Shown piece after piece: positions 38,030 through 48,484 of a stretch of DNA of 64,000 bases. Source of the stretch: Hypanus sabinus (taxonomy: Eukaryota); the NCBI RefSeq assembly GCF_030144855.1, contig NC_082731.1:27404001-27468000 (forward strand), in the 5' to 3' direction. Each line of letters starts with the position of its first letter. The stretch's first letter is position 1. The notes under the pieces are model-generated. The model ran no database searches, was not told the origin of the DNA, and was given only the letters and a program-made list of their open reading frames with translations. The translations under genes and the position numbers were made by a program.

Positions 38030-38930
38030 ACTCCCATCAGTATCAGAAGGACGTTTAATATCACTGACATATGTAGTGAAATTTGTTGTGTTGTGGCAGC
38101 AGTACAGTGCAGCACATAAACATCATAAATTACAATAAGATCAATTTCTATATAACTCATGCAAATCGAGAGCAAAAATAGGAGATAGTGTTCATAAATT
38201 GATTCATCATCTGTTCAGAAATCTGATGGCAGAGGGGAAGAAGCTGTTCCTGAAATGTTGAGTGTGTGTCTCCAGGCTCCTGTAGCTCCTTTCTGATGGA
38301 AGTAATAAGAAGAGAACATGTTCTGTATGATGTGGGTCTTTAATGATAGATGTGGCTTTTTGAGGCATTGCCTTTTGAAGATGTTCTCAATGCTGGGGAA
38401 GATGGTGCCCGTGATGGAGCTGGCTGAGTTTGCAACTCTCTGCAGCTTTTTCTGATCCTGTGCAGTGGCCTGTCTGAACCAGACAGTGATGCAACTACAT
38501 TGAATGCTCTCCATGGTACATCTGCAGAAATTTACGAGAGTATTTGGTGACACACGAAATTACCTCAAACTCCCAATGAAATTTAACTTCTAATGTTCTT
38601 TTTTTGCCATTTCTTCAATAAGTTGAACCCAGGATAGATCTTTAGCAATGTTGACAGCCAGGAATTTGAAACTGCTCACCCCTTCCACTGCTGATCCCTC
38701 AATGATACCTGATGTGTGTTCCCCCACGTTCCCTTCCCGAAGGCCACAATCAGTTCATTATTCTGACTGACACTGAGTGAAGGTCGATGTTGTGACACCA
38801 CTTAACCAGCCAGTCTCACTTCTGTACACCTCCTCGTCACCATCTGAGATACTGCCAACGACAGACAAATGTGAAGATGGCATTTGATCTGTGACAAGCC
38901 ACACAGTCATGGGTGTAGAGAGAGTAGAGT
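38030..38930 (-). mobile_element. Rex1-type LINE 3' fragment
   Basis: ORF 38215-38553 (TLVNFCRCTMESI..CITVWF..KKLQRVAN). Confidence 0.65.
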
Positions 38931-40267
38931 GGAGCATGTCCCATATCTCAATTCAGAATGGGACAAAGAGGCAGAGGGAGCTGGAACAGATTAGCCAGCT
39001 GTGAGATTATTAATTTACAGCTGTAATTCCAGAAAGCCTGTAATGAATACAAGCCAGTGGTAGGTCAAGGCAGGTACACATGAAAATACTCAGGTGTGGT
39101 GAGAAACATAAGGAGGTAAACTGCCCACAGTCACAGAGGTTGTTGTCTGGTGAGTTTGTGTTTCAAGAGAGGTCTTGTTTCTGTTGTGTCAGCTGACTGA
39201 CACAGATTCCATAAGGAAATAAACAATCCCAGTGGAAAGAGGGAATGTGGAAGGTTTACTTTGGATGAGAGACCACTGGCAGGTTTGGATTCTAATTAAT
39301 CCTGATGATGAATTTAAGTTTAGGGTCTCAATGTGCTGTAGTTAATGAGGAAAACAGGGATACAGAGGGGTGGATATTACACTGCAATGGAGTAGAGATT
39401 GAATTAGACCACATCTGGAGCACTGGCTGTGATTCTTGGCATCATCCCTCAGGAACGATTTGTCTTCCTTGGAGAGGGGGTGTGTGGATGAGACATAGTG
39501 AAGTGCTACTGGGAATGTGATAGAATATTAGGTCTGGTCTCTTGTTCCCTGAAATGTGGAAAACTGAAGGCCAGTGTAATTGGGGAGTTTAAAAATATTC
39601 CAGAAAGGCACAGAAGAATAACACAAAGAATCTGTTATTTCAGGATATACAGGTCACTGGAAATCTGGAAGTCTCCCTGGAAAGTGGTCACTTGGGGGAA
39701 GAGATGGGAGGTGTCAGTTGAAAAGTCAATACTAATATAATTTTGTTTGAGTTCAATTATTCAAATATGTGGAGCCAAGGTTGGTAAATGGAGCTCGGAC
39801 ACATATCATCTTAAGTGGGAATAGACTGGAGGGCTGAACAATCTCCTTCTGACACTCAGTACACAGGATAAATTTGAACTGAATCTCTGTGTGCAGCTGT
39901 TGATTTACCAGAAACACATTTCATATTTTCATTCTTGACAGGTGGATGAAACTGGGCAGTGATATAGGGGATATTTCCCTCTCAGCTTCCTTTTGGAGAT
40001 GTGGCTTGACTTAATCTGAACAGGGAATCTTCCAGAGGAAATAGGCTTACTATAAAGAACAAGCTTACTGCTCAAGGCATAAAAATACCTTTTTGATTCA
40101 GTGACCTAAACCAATAAACAATTCTTGTATTACTGAAAATACATTTCATGTATTTCTGTAGATGTACAGTGGAGAATATTCTGACAGGTTGCATCGCTGT
40201 CTGGTAACAACACACACAAAATGCTGGTGGAACACAGCAGGCCAGGCAGCATCTATAAGGAGAAGCA

Positions 40268-40307
40268 GTGTTGATGTTTCGGGCTGAGACCCTTCATCAG
40301 GACTAAC
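40268..40307 (-). ncRNA. Minimal type I hammerhead ribozyme motif (Penelope-associated)
   Basis: Reverse strand CUGAUGA (40300-40294), A, stem II GGG/CCC with UCUCAG loop, GAAA (40280-40277), then C-AUC triplet. Confidence 0.6.
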
Positions 40308-40881
40308 TGAAGAGAAAGATACTAAGAGATTGGAAAGTAGGAGAGGGAGGCGGAAACGCGAAATGATAGGAGAAGACCAGAGGGGGTGGGATGAAGCTAA
40401 GAGCTGGAAAGGTGATTGGCGAAAGTGATACAGAGCTGGAGAAGGGATCATAGGATGGGAGTACAGAGCTGGAGAAGGGTGGTCTACTATCAAGATGAAG
40501 CCACACTCAGGTTGGAGGAACAACACCTTATTTACCAGCTGGGTAGCCTCCAACCTGATGGCATGACCATTGACTTCTCTAACTTCCGTTAATGCCCCTC
40601 CTCCCCTTCTTACTCCATCCCTGACATATTTAGTTGTTTGTTTTTTTTTCTCTCTCTCTGCCCATCACTCTGCCTGTTCTCCATCTCCCTCTGGTGCTCC
40701 CCCTCATTCTTTCTCCCGAGTCCTCCCGTCCCATGATCCTTTCCCTTCTCCAGCTCTGTATCACTTTCGCCAATCACCTTTCCAGCTCTTAGCTTCATCC
40801 CACCCCCTCCAGTCTTCTCCTATCATTTCGCATTTCCCGCTCCCCCCAATACTTTCAAATCTCTTATTACCTTTCCCTTCA

Positions 40882-40920
40882 GTTAGTCCTGACGAAGGCT
40901 CTCAGCCCGAAATGTCAACA
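40882..40920 (+). ncRNA. Hammerhead-like motif, partly decayed
   Basis: CUGACGA-A-GGC-UCUCA-GCC-C-GAAA-U-GUC. Confidence 0.45.
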
Positions 40921-41059
40921 GTGCTTCTCCTTATAGATGCTGTCTGGCCTGCTGTGTTCCACCAGCATTTTGTGTGTGTTGTTTGAATTTCCAGCATCTG
41001 CAGATTTCCTCGTGATCACTGTCTGGTATTGGGGGGGGGTGGGGGGTGGGGTAGGGGCT

Positions 41060-41409
41060 ACTGCACAGAATCTAAAGAAGCCGCAGAGGGTTGCAAGTGT
41101 AGTTGGCTTCATCTTGGGTATGAGCCTACAAAGTATCCAGGGCCTCTTCAAGGAGCAGTGTCTCAGAAAGGCAGCATCCATTATTAAGGACCTCCAGCAC
41201 CCAGGACATGTCCTTTTCTCACTGTTACCATCAGGAAGGAGATACAGAAGCCTGAAGGCACAACACTCAGCGATTCAGGAACAACTTCTTCCCCTCTGCC
41301 ATCCGATTCCTAAATGGACATTGATCCCTTGGACACTCCCTCACTTTATAATATACAGCATTTCTGTTTTTGGCATGATTTTTAATCTAGTCAATATATG
41401 TATATTGTA

Positions 41410-41443
<34 letters not shown>

Positions 41444-41540
41444 TTATTTTGTTTTTTTCCTTCTATATTATGTATTGTATTGAACAGCTGCTGCTATGTT
41501 AACAAATTTCACGTCACATACCGGAGACAATGAACCTAAT
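41060..41540 (+). mobile_element. Rex1-type LINE 3' end with (TTA)n
   Basis: QCLRKAASIIKDLQHPGHVLFSLLPSGRRYRSLK, followed by an AT-rich 3' UTR. Confidence 0.7.
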
Positions 41541-41777
41541 TCTGATTCTAATTCTGAAGAGGATTGACTAACGGGACTGAAAGTCTGAAGGGAGAAGGGG
41601 TCCATGCAAGTATGGAGAAATCTGTCCTCTGGGAAGTAACAATATAAAGCTGACTTGAAACAGACTTAAATCTTGGTTGTATTGGAAGAAAACAGAGATT
41701 GGCTCAGATTGAAGGTGGTTTTTATTTACACTGCAAACAAGAAATTTGTGCTCTGGCCTAATTCTCTTCTTCTTCAG

Positions 41778-41989
41778 TTGTCCATCGGAATCCGATGATG
41801 ATGTCCATTCCTTTAACAGTGAGACCTTTAATGACTACACAGTCCTATCCTGGACCCACAAGTTCTGTTGCAGGTGGGACATGTACATGTGCTAGTGGTG
41901 ATTGTAGTGATAGGATGGCAACCATGGCTGCATTTCTCCTGACTCTCTTCTGCTGTCTTCTGGTTGTTCTTTCCATTTCCAGAATATGA
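41778..41989 (+). CDS. Candidate orphan terminal exon: S/T/P-rich stalk, Cys cluster, hydrophobic C-terminus
   Basis: Acceptor ttctcttcttcttcag (AG 41776-7) is in phase 1 and in frame with ORF 41795-41989, which ends AAFLLTLFCCLLVVLSISRI*. No upstream exons identified. Confidence 0.35.
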
Positions 41990-42759
41990 ACCCCATTTCT
42001 ACACAGCTGTGGCCAAGTGTTACGGACAGCAGTAACATCCTCCAGGTCCTCAGGTCTGATCTTGCACTTATATGCCATTATAAGTGCCCATTATACCCAA
42101 TGCCTAATGCCATTATACTCATGATTCCAACTAAACTGCTCCAGTACAGATATCTGCACAAGAATTGGAAAAATTGCTCAGTGTGTCCATTCTCAAAATA
42201 CAGGACAAATCTAGTAAGAAAATAATGGCCCAATTTGTCCACTCAATCTTCAGTAAAGTACTGGGAGCCATAATGGACAGTGTTGGAAAGTGGCACTTAC
42301 TCACCAAATAACCTCATCACCAGTTTAGGTTTTGTTGGGACCACTTGGTTCTTCAGTGATCAATCTTGTTGTCTTATCTGTTGCTATCAAATCCTCTGAC
42401 AGCACATTCTAGATACCGACCACAATTTTGCCTCATAAATCTCATTTATACTTTTCCTCTCTCATCTGAAACCTCTGCCCTCTGGCGTTTGACGTTTCTA
42501 TTCTAGAAAAAGTCTGTGACTATCTGTGCTCCTCATAAATTTACATACGTCTGTCAGTCGATCCCACAGTGTCAAATGCTCCAGCAAAAACAGTCCAAGT
42601 TTATCCACCCTCTCCTTACAGCTAATATGCTCCAATGCAAACAACACTTGACTTAATCTACTCTTCACCTTCCCCAAAGCATCCTCATCATTCCTATAAT
42701 GCAATGACTAGAACTTTACCTGCTCCAAATGTGAAATTAGCAAACAAACTCAAAATATG

Positions 42760-44700
42760 CTGGACAATTTTGGAAGGGATCCTGTATGATCCGAGAATTC
42801 AGCAGAGGCTCTCCCAGTGGATGCTAGCAAAAGCCTTTTCAAAGTCCATGAAATTTATGTACAATTGTCTCTGCCACTCTGTGCACTGCTCTATGATGTG
42901 ACACAGCATGAAGATTTGGTTGACAGCCTCTTTTACTCTGAAGCCATCTTGCTCCTTCTTCAAGCAAACATCTACAGCATCTGTAATCCATTGGACAATG
43001 ACTTCGCTGAGCCGTAAGTGTAATGCTACACCAGTTGTTGCAATCACTTAGCGTTCCTTTCTTGGGGATGCGAACTCCCTTTGTCCAGTCCCTGGGCACT
43101 TGTCTCCATTCCCAGATTATAGCAAACAGTGGATGCAGGATGACTGCTGCAAATTTTGGTTCAGCTTTGAACAGTTTGGCCTTCAAATTGTTGTGTTCTG
43201 GAGCTTTGCTGTTGTCTTAATCACAGTAACAATCTCTTCTTTCTTGGGCGGATCTGTGTTGATGTCAAGGTCCTCTGTGTCTATTCAGTGAATCTCTGAA
43301 ATACCCTGCACATCTTGCTCCATGCTCTCGTCAAAAGCAGACCATTCTTACCAATCATGGGGCTACTAGATTTGGCTTGGAACTTCCCACATACCAATTT
43401 TGAAATCTTGTATATATTTTCCTGATCACAGCGACCGGCTGCTGCTGTGGCCAATGTCTTCCATGTAGACTCTCTTATCCATTCTAAGCTCTTCACACTC
43501 TTGCTGGCATCAGTGAATGCCAATGGAAGTTTCACCTCAATTTGTGTTGATTTGCATTGAACATTTTCTTCCTAATTTTCCATCTTTTCTCTAAGGCTGT
43601 CCATGTTTCCTGCTGTATCCATTTAAGGTAGACAAGCCTCTCTGCTCTCCAGGAACACTGACACAATTTGTTTCCACATTGTGTTAAGCTTGTCACTGAC
43701 ACATCCTCACCAAAGCTTGAAATCTGTTCTTAAGTTTAATGGTGACAGCAGATCTCACACTGGTGTCCTTGAGCTTCTCAACATCAAAACGTCTTTGTAC
43801 ATGTGCTCTGGTCCCAGTGCTTCTCAGCGTGAGTTTCATCATTGCTACAGCAATGTGGTGATTATTTCCTGTATCTGCTCCTCTCTTCTCCTTTACACCC
43901 TCCCTGCAAGGGTCATCTCCATGTACCAATGATCATCAAATGGTCAGTCTGGATCTTGTCACTTCTATTGGGTGAGCACCATGTCAGTTTGTGGATTTCA
44001 TGGTGTGGAAAGAGGGTCCCTCCTTTGAACAGATTGTTCATGGCACAGAATTCCACCAGTCTTTCACCATTGTTATTCACTGTTCCACAACCTTGCATGC
44101 ACATGACCCTAGTGAAGTTCAAGTTGCTATTTCCCACTTTGCCATTTAGATCTCCCACGATGATGATGATTATGCCATGGTGTAGTGTTAAGTCTACCTC
44201 TGCTGTCTGCAGATGTCCTTTTCTTCAATGTCACCGTTGTTATTTGGAGCATAGCACTGGATCACAGTCATGTTCACTTGCTTCACTCTCAGACTGACTC
44301 TCATCAGCTGACTGTTAATTGCTTTTCACTCCAGCGGGCACTTCTCAATGCCTTTCTTCAAAATGACAGTTACACCATCATGACACTGACCATCCTCCTT
44401 TCCTGAATATAAAACTGTTTCACCAGTTGCTGCCTTTAGTCTGCCAGACCCTGTCCATCTGCTTTCACTGACACCATTGTGTGTTGGCTGTAATGACACA
44501 TTACTGTGGTTATCTGTGTGAGCTTGCCAGTGTTGTACATGTTTCGTACATTCCAAAAAACATTTTTGTTCTTGGTCTTGGCGAAGTTCATGGGTCCCTT
44601 CACCATGCCGGAAGCTTCCTTCAGTTTTCACTACTGTCAGCCATGCAAGTCCCGGGCAGTGACTAGGGAATATCATCACATTCAGATGTAGGAGGATTCC
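42760..44700 (-). mobile_element. Decayed RTE-clade LINE (endonuclease + RT N-terminus)
   Basis: GETVLYSG..GV..IL, MGDLNGKVG..NGERLVEFCAMNNL..LTWCSP, VPRDWTKG..PKKGTLSDCNNW, DFEKAFASI. Confidence 0.8.
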
Positions 44701-44819
44701 TCATTGCTGTTTCTGTAATTGTGACAAGAGTCCTTGATGAGGACAGTTTGGACCCGAATGCTGGAGTAAGGATCAAGGATCGAGACACGGTATCAAAATG
44801 GATCAAGAGCTGAGCATGA

Positions 44820-45055
44820 AAGGCCGGCTAGTGGTGTAGTGGCATCAGCGCTGGACTCCAGAGCAAATGGTCCCAAGTTCAAAACCAGCCGGCTCCATTG
44901 CACACTTTCCATCCATGCTGGGTTGAGTGTTGAGCTAGCAACTTGACCTCGTAAAAAAACTGGAGAATGCCACATGAGAAGCGACCACCAAAAAGATCGG
45001 TGCAAAAAGCTTGTCATGACTCTGCCAGGAGTTAAGGGCATTCTTCTTCTCTTCT
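44820..45055 (+). mobile_element. tRNA-derived SINE with (TCT)n tail
   Basis: A-box tagtggtgtagtgg, B-box-like agttcaaaacc, tail ttcttcttctcttct. Confidence 0.6.
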
Positions 45056-45664
45056 ACTGAGCACAAAACAAACATCACAAGTACTATCATGAGTAGGGTT
45101 TACAAATCAGCACCGAACATCATTTCAGATGTACTTTAAATACTCAATTCTTGGTGCCCAAAATATGATTGTCAATTAGTGGGATCATCCTGAACCTGAA
45201 AGAGGCTGCAACCAGCTATCCATACTCTGGAGAGTTAGAGAGTCTAAATCCTGGAAGCTGGTGTGGTTGTGAGCGTCTCATAACAATAACAATTTTTCAT
45301 TTTGCCTAGTCAGGTTCACTAACCCTGACCTGAAACTCCGGACCTGGAGGAACAGTGGACCACTCTTTGTCTGACCTCTACCCTTTGACCTGTTTGGCAT
45401 GGGTGTCCCTACCTAGAGCTAAAGCACAAGGCCCTGACTGAAGCCAACACAGATCTCTGGGTCACTAAGGCACTCAAGCCTCCAAACCCTACAGCAAGGT
45501 TGTGGTCCTCTTGGATGGAAAAAATGATTCACAATTTTGATTGGTGTCATGGTGGGGTTGTGTCAGGTTTTGGGAAGTTCTCCACCACCTGTCCCAACAT
45601 TGATCCCTCAGCCAGTGCCTCAGAATGTCTGACCTCTTTATACTTCATTGCTGTGTCTTTACAG

Positions 45665-45913
45665 AGAATATCTGCCCACTGACTCATCTCTTTTGGGGGT
45701 ATCTGTCCACCAAATGGTATCTCTGGGTGATATCTGTCCATTGACAGGTGTAACTCAGTCCCTGTCTCTCGGGGATATCTGTCCACCAACTTGTACCTTA
45801 GGGGGATATCTGTCCATTGACAGGAGTCACTCAATCCGTGTCTCTCAGGGGGATATCTGTCCACTGACTGGTGTCTCTCAGGAGGATATCTGTCCAGTGA
45901 CTGGTGTCTCTCA
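45665..45913 (+). repeat. Degenerate minisatellite, 7 copies of TATCTG(T/C)CCA
   Basis: Core at about 45669, 45700, 45731, 45776, 45807, 45854 and 45887, with irregular 30-47-bp spacing. Confidence 0.85.
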
Positions 45914-46171
45914 TTCTCTCTAGCTGTCATTCTGTGTGTTTCAGTTTATATAAACTGTTCATCGCTGAAATTGATGAATCGAGCAGAGTGTGACAGATCT
46001 TTAATCCGGATCTGGTCACTGCCGCTGACCTGCCGCCTGTTGCAGAGACAAACATCTTTTGGGGAATTGAAATCGCTGCTGTGGGCGGGGACAGGAAGCT
46101 GCGCCTTTGGTTTCAGTGTGTGAGAGCCTGTTCAAACCGCGGCTCCCTCTCTCACTCACAGCCCACGTCCC

Positions 46172-46179
46172 TATTTAAA
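46172..46179 (+). promoter_or_regulatory. TATA-like box of the VH promoter
   Basis: TATTTAAA about 90 bp upstream of the leader ATG. No octamer nearby, as established for cartilaginous-fish IgH promoters. Confidence 0.65.
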
Positions 46180-46267
46180 CAGCGCTCACTGCGGCTCCGG
46201 ACAAAGCCGGCCTGAGCTGAAGCCGCCGATCTCAACAGTGTCCAAGTCCGGCTCAGTGTTCAGGGCG

Positions 46268-46313
46268 ATGGGGGTCGTTCCTTATTTCTGTCTCCTCCTG
46301 TCTTGTCTGGCAG
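46268..46313 (+). CDS. IgW: IgW heavy-chain leader exon (MGVVPYFCLLLSCLA-G)
   Basis: ATG at 46268, hydrophobic signal peptide, phase-1 donor g|gtgagt at 46314, 112-bp intron to V. Confidence 0.95.
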
Positions 46314-46425
46314 GTGAGTGTCTCGTGGCTTGTCGCCCACCCGGGACCGGCTGTTTCTCGGAGGCTTTGTGAGTCTCTGCCCGTGGAACATTTTATTAAT
46401 TTCTGCTCTTTTTTTTAATTGACAG

Positions 46426-46727
46426 GCGTGCGGTCCGACATAGTGCTGACACAGCCCGAGTCAGCGGTGGTAAAGTCCGGAGAGACCCTCAGACTGACCT
46501 GTGCAGTCAGTGGGTTCGATGTCCACAACTACTGGATGCACTGGGTGAAACAGGTCCCCGGGAAAGGGCTGGAGTGGCTGGTAGCGTCTGGTAGTGGAAG
46601 TAACGAGCATTATGCGCCTGGAGTCCGGAGCCGGTTCACTGTTTCCAAGGGCAGCAGCACCGCCTACCTGCAAATGACCAGCCTGAGACTGGACGACACG
46701 GCCACCTATTACTGTGCGAGAGGGTGG
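46426..46727 (+). CDS. IgW: IgW VH segment (GVRS-DIVLTQPES...YYCARGW), open frame
   Basis: Acceptor tttttttaattgacag. Canonical Cys, WVKQVPGKGLEWL and DTATYYCAR, followed directly by an RSS. Confidence 0.95.
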
Positions 46728-46766
46728 CACAGTGAGAGAGACCGGGACTGGACCGGGACAAAAACC
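46728..46766 (+). other. VH 23-bp-spacer RSS
   Basis: CACAGTG (46728-34), 23 nt, ACAAAAACC (46758-66): perfect consensus. Confidence 0.98.
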
Positions 46767-47136
46767 CAGCGAGAGCGCCTGCCCTTCGGGCGCCGAGGGA
46801 AAGGGCAGCAGTGATCGCCACAGCCGTATCCCGGTCGTTCTGGGCCACATCCGCTCGTCCACGGAATGGAAGGCGGGTTGTCAGCGGGGTTTCCCGAGAA
46901 GAGATGCTGGATGGATGGGCCGAGGGGCTCAGCGGATCACTTCGGAGGGCAGCTCGGAGCCAAGCGCCGTGAGTGGGAATGGGGTCACCGATCGACCTGG
47001 TCAGGAGTCGGTCCTTCGTCCACACGTGACAGTAAATGGTCGGGCCATGAGGAACATTAATGATCAGAGACACTTTGGTGTTCTAGTGCGGTTTGACTGA
47101 GGAGTGACTGTGCTGGGAGACAGTGAGAGGGGCGGA

Positions 47137-47164
47137 GGTTATCGTACGGCGGTGTATCACTGTG
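47137..47164 (-). other. D 5' 12-bp-spacer RSS
   Basis: GGTTATCGT (47137-45), 12 nt, CACTGTG (47158-64). Confidence 0.9.
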
Positions 47165-47181
47165 AACTGGGTGGCATGGAG
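47165..47181 (+). CDS. IgW: IgW DH segment AACTGGGTGGCATGGAG (17 bp)
   Basis: Flanked on both sides by 12-RSSs. Confidence 0.9.
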
Positions 47182-47209
47182 CACGGTAACGGGGAGCTGA
47201 ACAGAAACT
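47182..47209 (+). other. D 3' 12-bp-spacer RSS
   Basis: CACGGTA (47182-88), 12 nt, ACAGAAACT (47201-09). Confidence 0.88.
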
Positions 47210-47545
47210 GGTCCCGACAAAGGAGCGGCTGCAGCGCAGTCTGTCTCCACGGATTCCGCATTGCTGCTTCCCTGAGTGAAATCCCCGAAGCCTGACTCGG
47301 ACTGCTGGGTGTAAATGTCCATTTCTGGACAATTAAAAGCCCAAAAAGGATTCGACTCTGATTCTGGGTGATGGCGAGAGCCGGTGTCCGCAGACAGGAA
47401 AACTGTGAAAATGCCTGTTTTATTCACACGCCATGAAGAGACAAGGACGGAGTTTGGGATGAAAATCCAGGAAGCGGCTGCTCCCGGTCCGGACAGGGAT
47501 CATGTTGACATTTTGCTGAGATTATTGGATGTGACGTGCAAGTGA

Positions 47546-47584
47546 AGTTACTGCACTGGGTGAATGGCGAGACGGAGCACTGTG
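47546..47584 (-). other. JH 23-bp-spacer RSS with a degenerate nonamer
   Basis: AGTTACTGC (47546-54, 5/9 to consensus), 23 nt, CACTGTG (47578-84). Confidence 0.8.
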
Positions 47585-47632
47585 ACTATCATGACTACTG
47601 GGGCGGGGGAACCTCGCTGACAGTGACTTCAG
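47585..47632 (+). CDS. IgW: IgW JH segment (YHDYWGGGTSLTVTS)
   Basis: WGxG motif and phase-1 donor g|gtaaga at 47633. Confidence 0.95.
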
Positions 47633-48484
47633 GTAAGACCAACTTCACAATTGTATCTTCACGCACTAGAATTTGATTTATTTACGGTTTTGGCGAATTC
47701 GGTGATTTAACTGAAATCATTGAGATATTTAGAGCGAGTACATGAATCTCCCCGAACCGGCGGGTTTCTCTAGAGCCCAGTAACAGTACAAGGGTACATA
47801 CCCCACCCCACCAGTGAACTGTCCACAGACCGGGAACAGGCTCAGGGGAATGGGGTCGGATCTTGTCACCAGACTGTGCCTTGGCACCGGCCGGTTGTGC
47901 TGAGTGAGCTCAGTGTTTGGTTCAAGTCTGGCTTCTGATCCTCAGCACCAACTGAAGCCACGTTCAGGGGAATGGTTACACATGTATGATGTGGTTGATG
48001 GCTCAATATCCCCAGGGTACAGGTGGATGTCAGTCCTATCATGTAATGTCCGGCCTGAGGTCCGTCCCGGGATACAGCAAAAGTATCGGCGATATCCCAG
48101 GATTAATTGATGGGATTGAGGTTTTAGTTGTATTCCCTGATGGGTGAGGAGGTGGGGTACGGTGGGGAACAGTTTTGGAACTGGGAAGGCAGTGAGGAAG
48201 TGGTGCAAGAGGTTAAGGCAGGGAATTGAAATCACAATTCCTTCACACATTACGGTGGGTGGGGGAGAGAGAGGGAGTGGTGCAGGTGGGGTGGGGAGGG
48301 AAGCGTTCAAGTCAATAATGTGCAATAGGGGAACATTTAAGGGAGGTTTGTTGATGAAAGTTTGTGATCTGTAACACTCTGCCTGAATGATGGTGCTGGC
48401 CAATAGTGCGTGTAGAGAGGGAACAGGAGGAGATCCGCCTTTTTTCGGTATACAGGGAAGAGCAGAAAGAACAATGGGTTTATT

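Larger units (their letters stand above)
40206..41010. mobile_element. Penelope-like insertion with inverted terminal repeats
   Basis: 40206-40461 is the reverse complement of about 40725-40983, and each arm carries a hammerhead-like core. Confidence 0.8.

Noticed and set aside
39300-39480. PDDEFKFRVS segment suggestive of an Ig V domain
   Set aside because: Stops follow quickly, and the region matches a decayed CR1 (agaccacatctggagcactg).
46030-46043. Reverse CTCF-like GCAACAGGCGGCAG near the V promoter
   Set aside because: Three mismatches in a GC-rich region and a single instance; needs PWM scoring before any claim.
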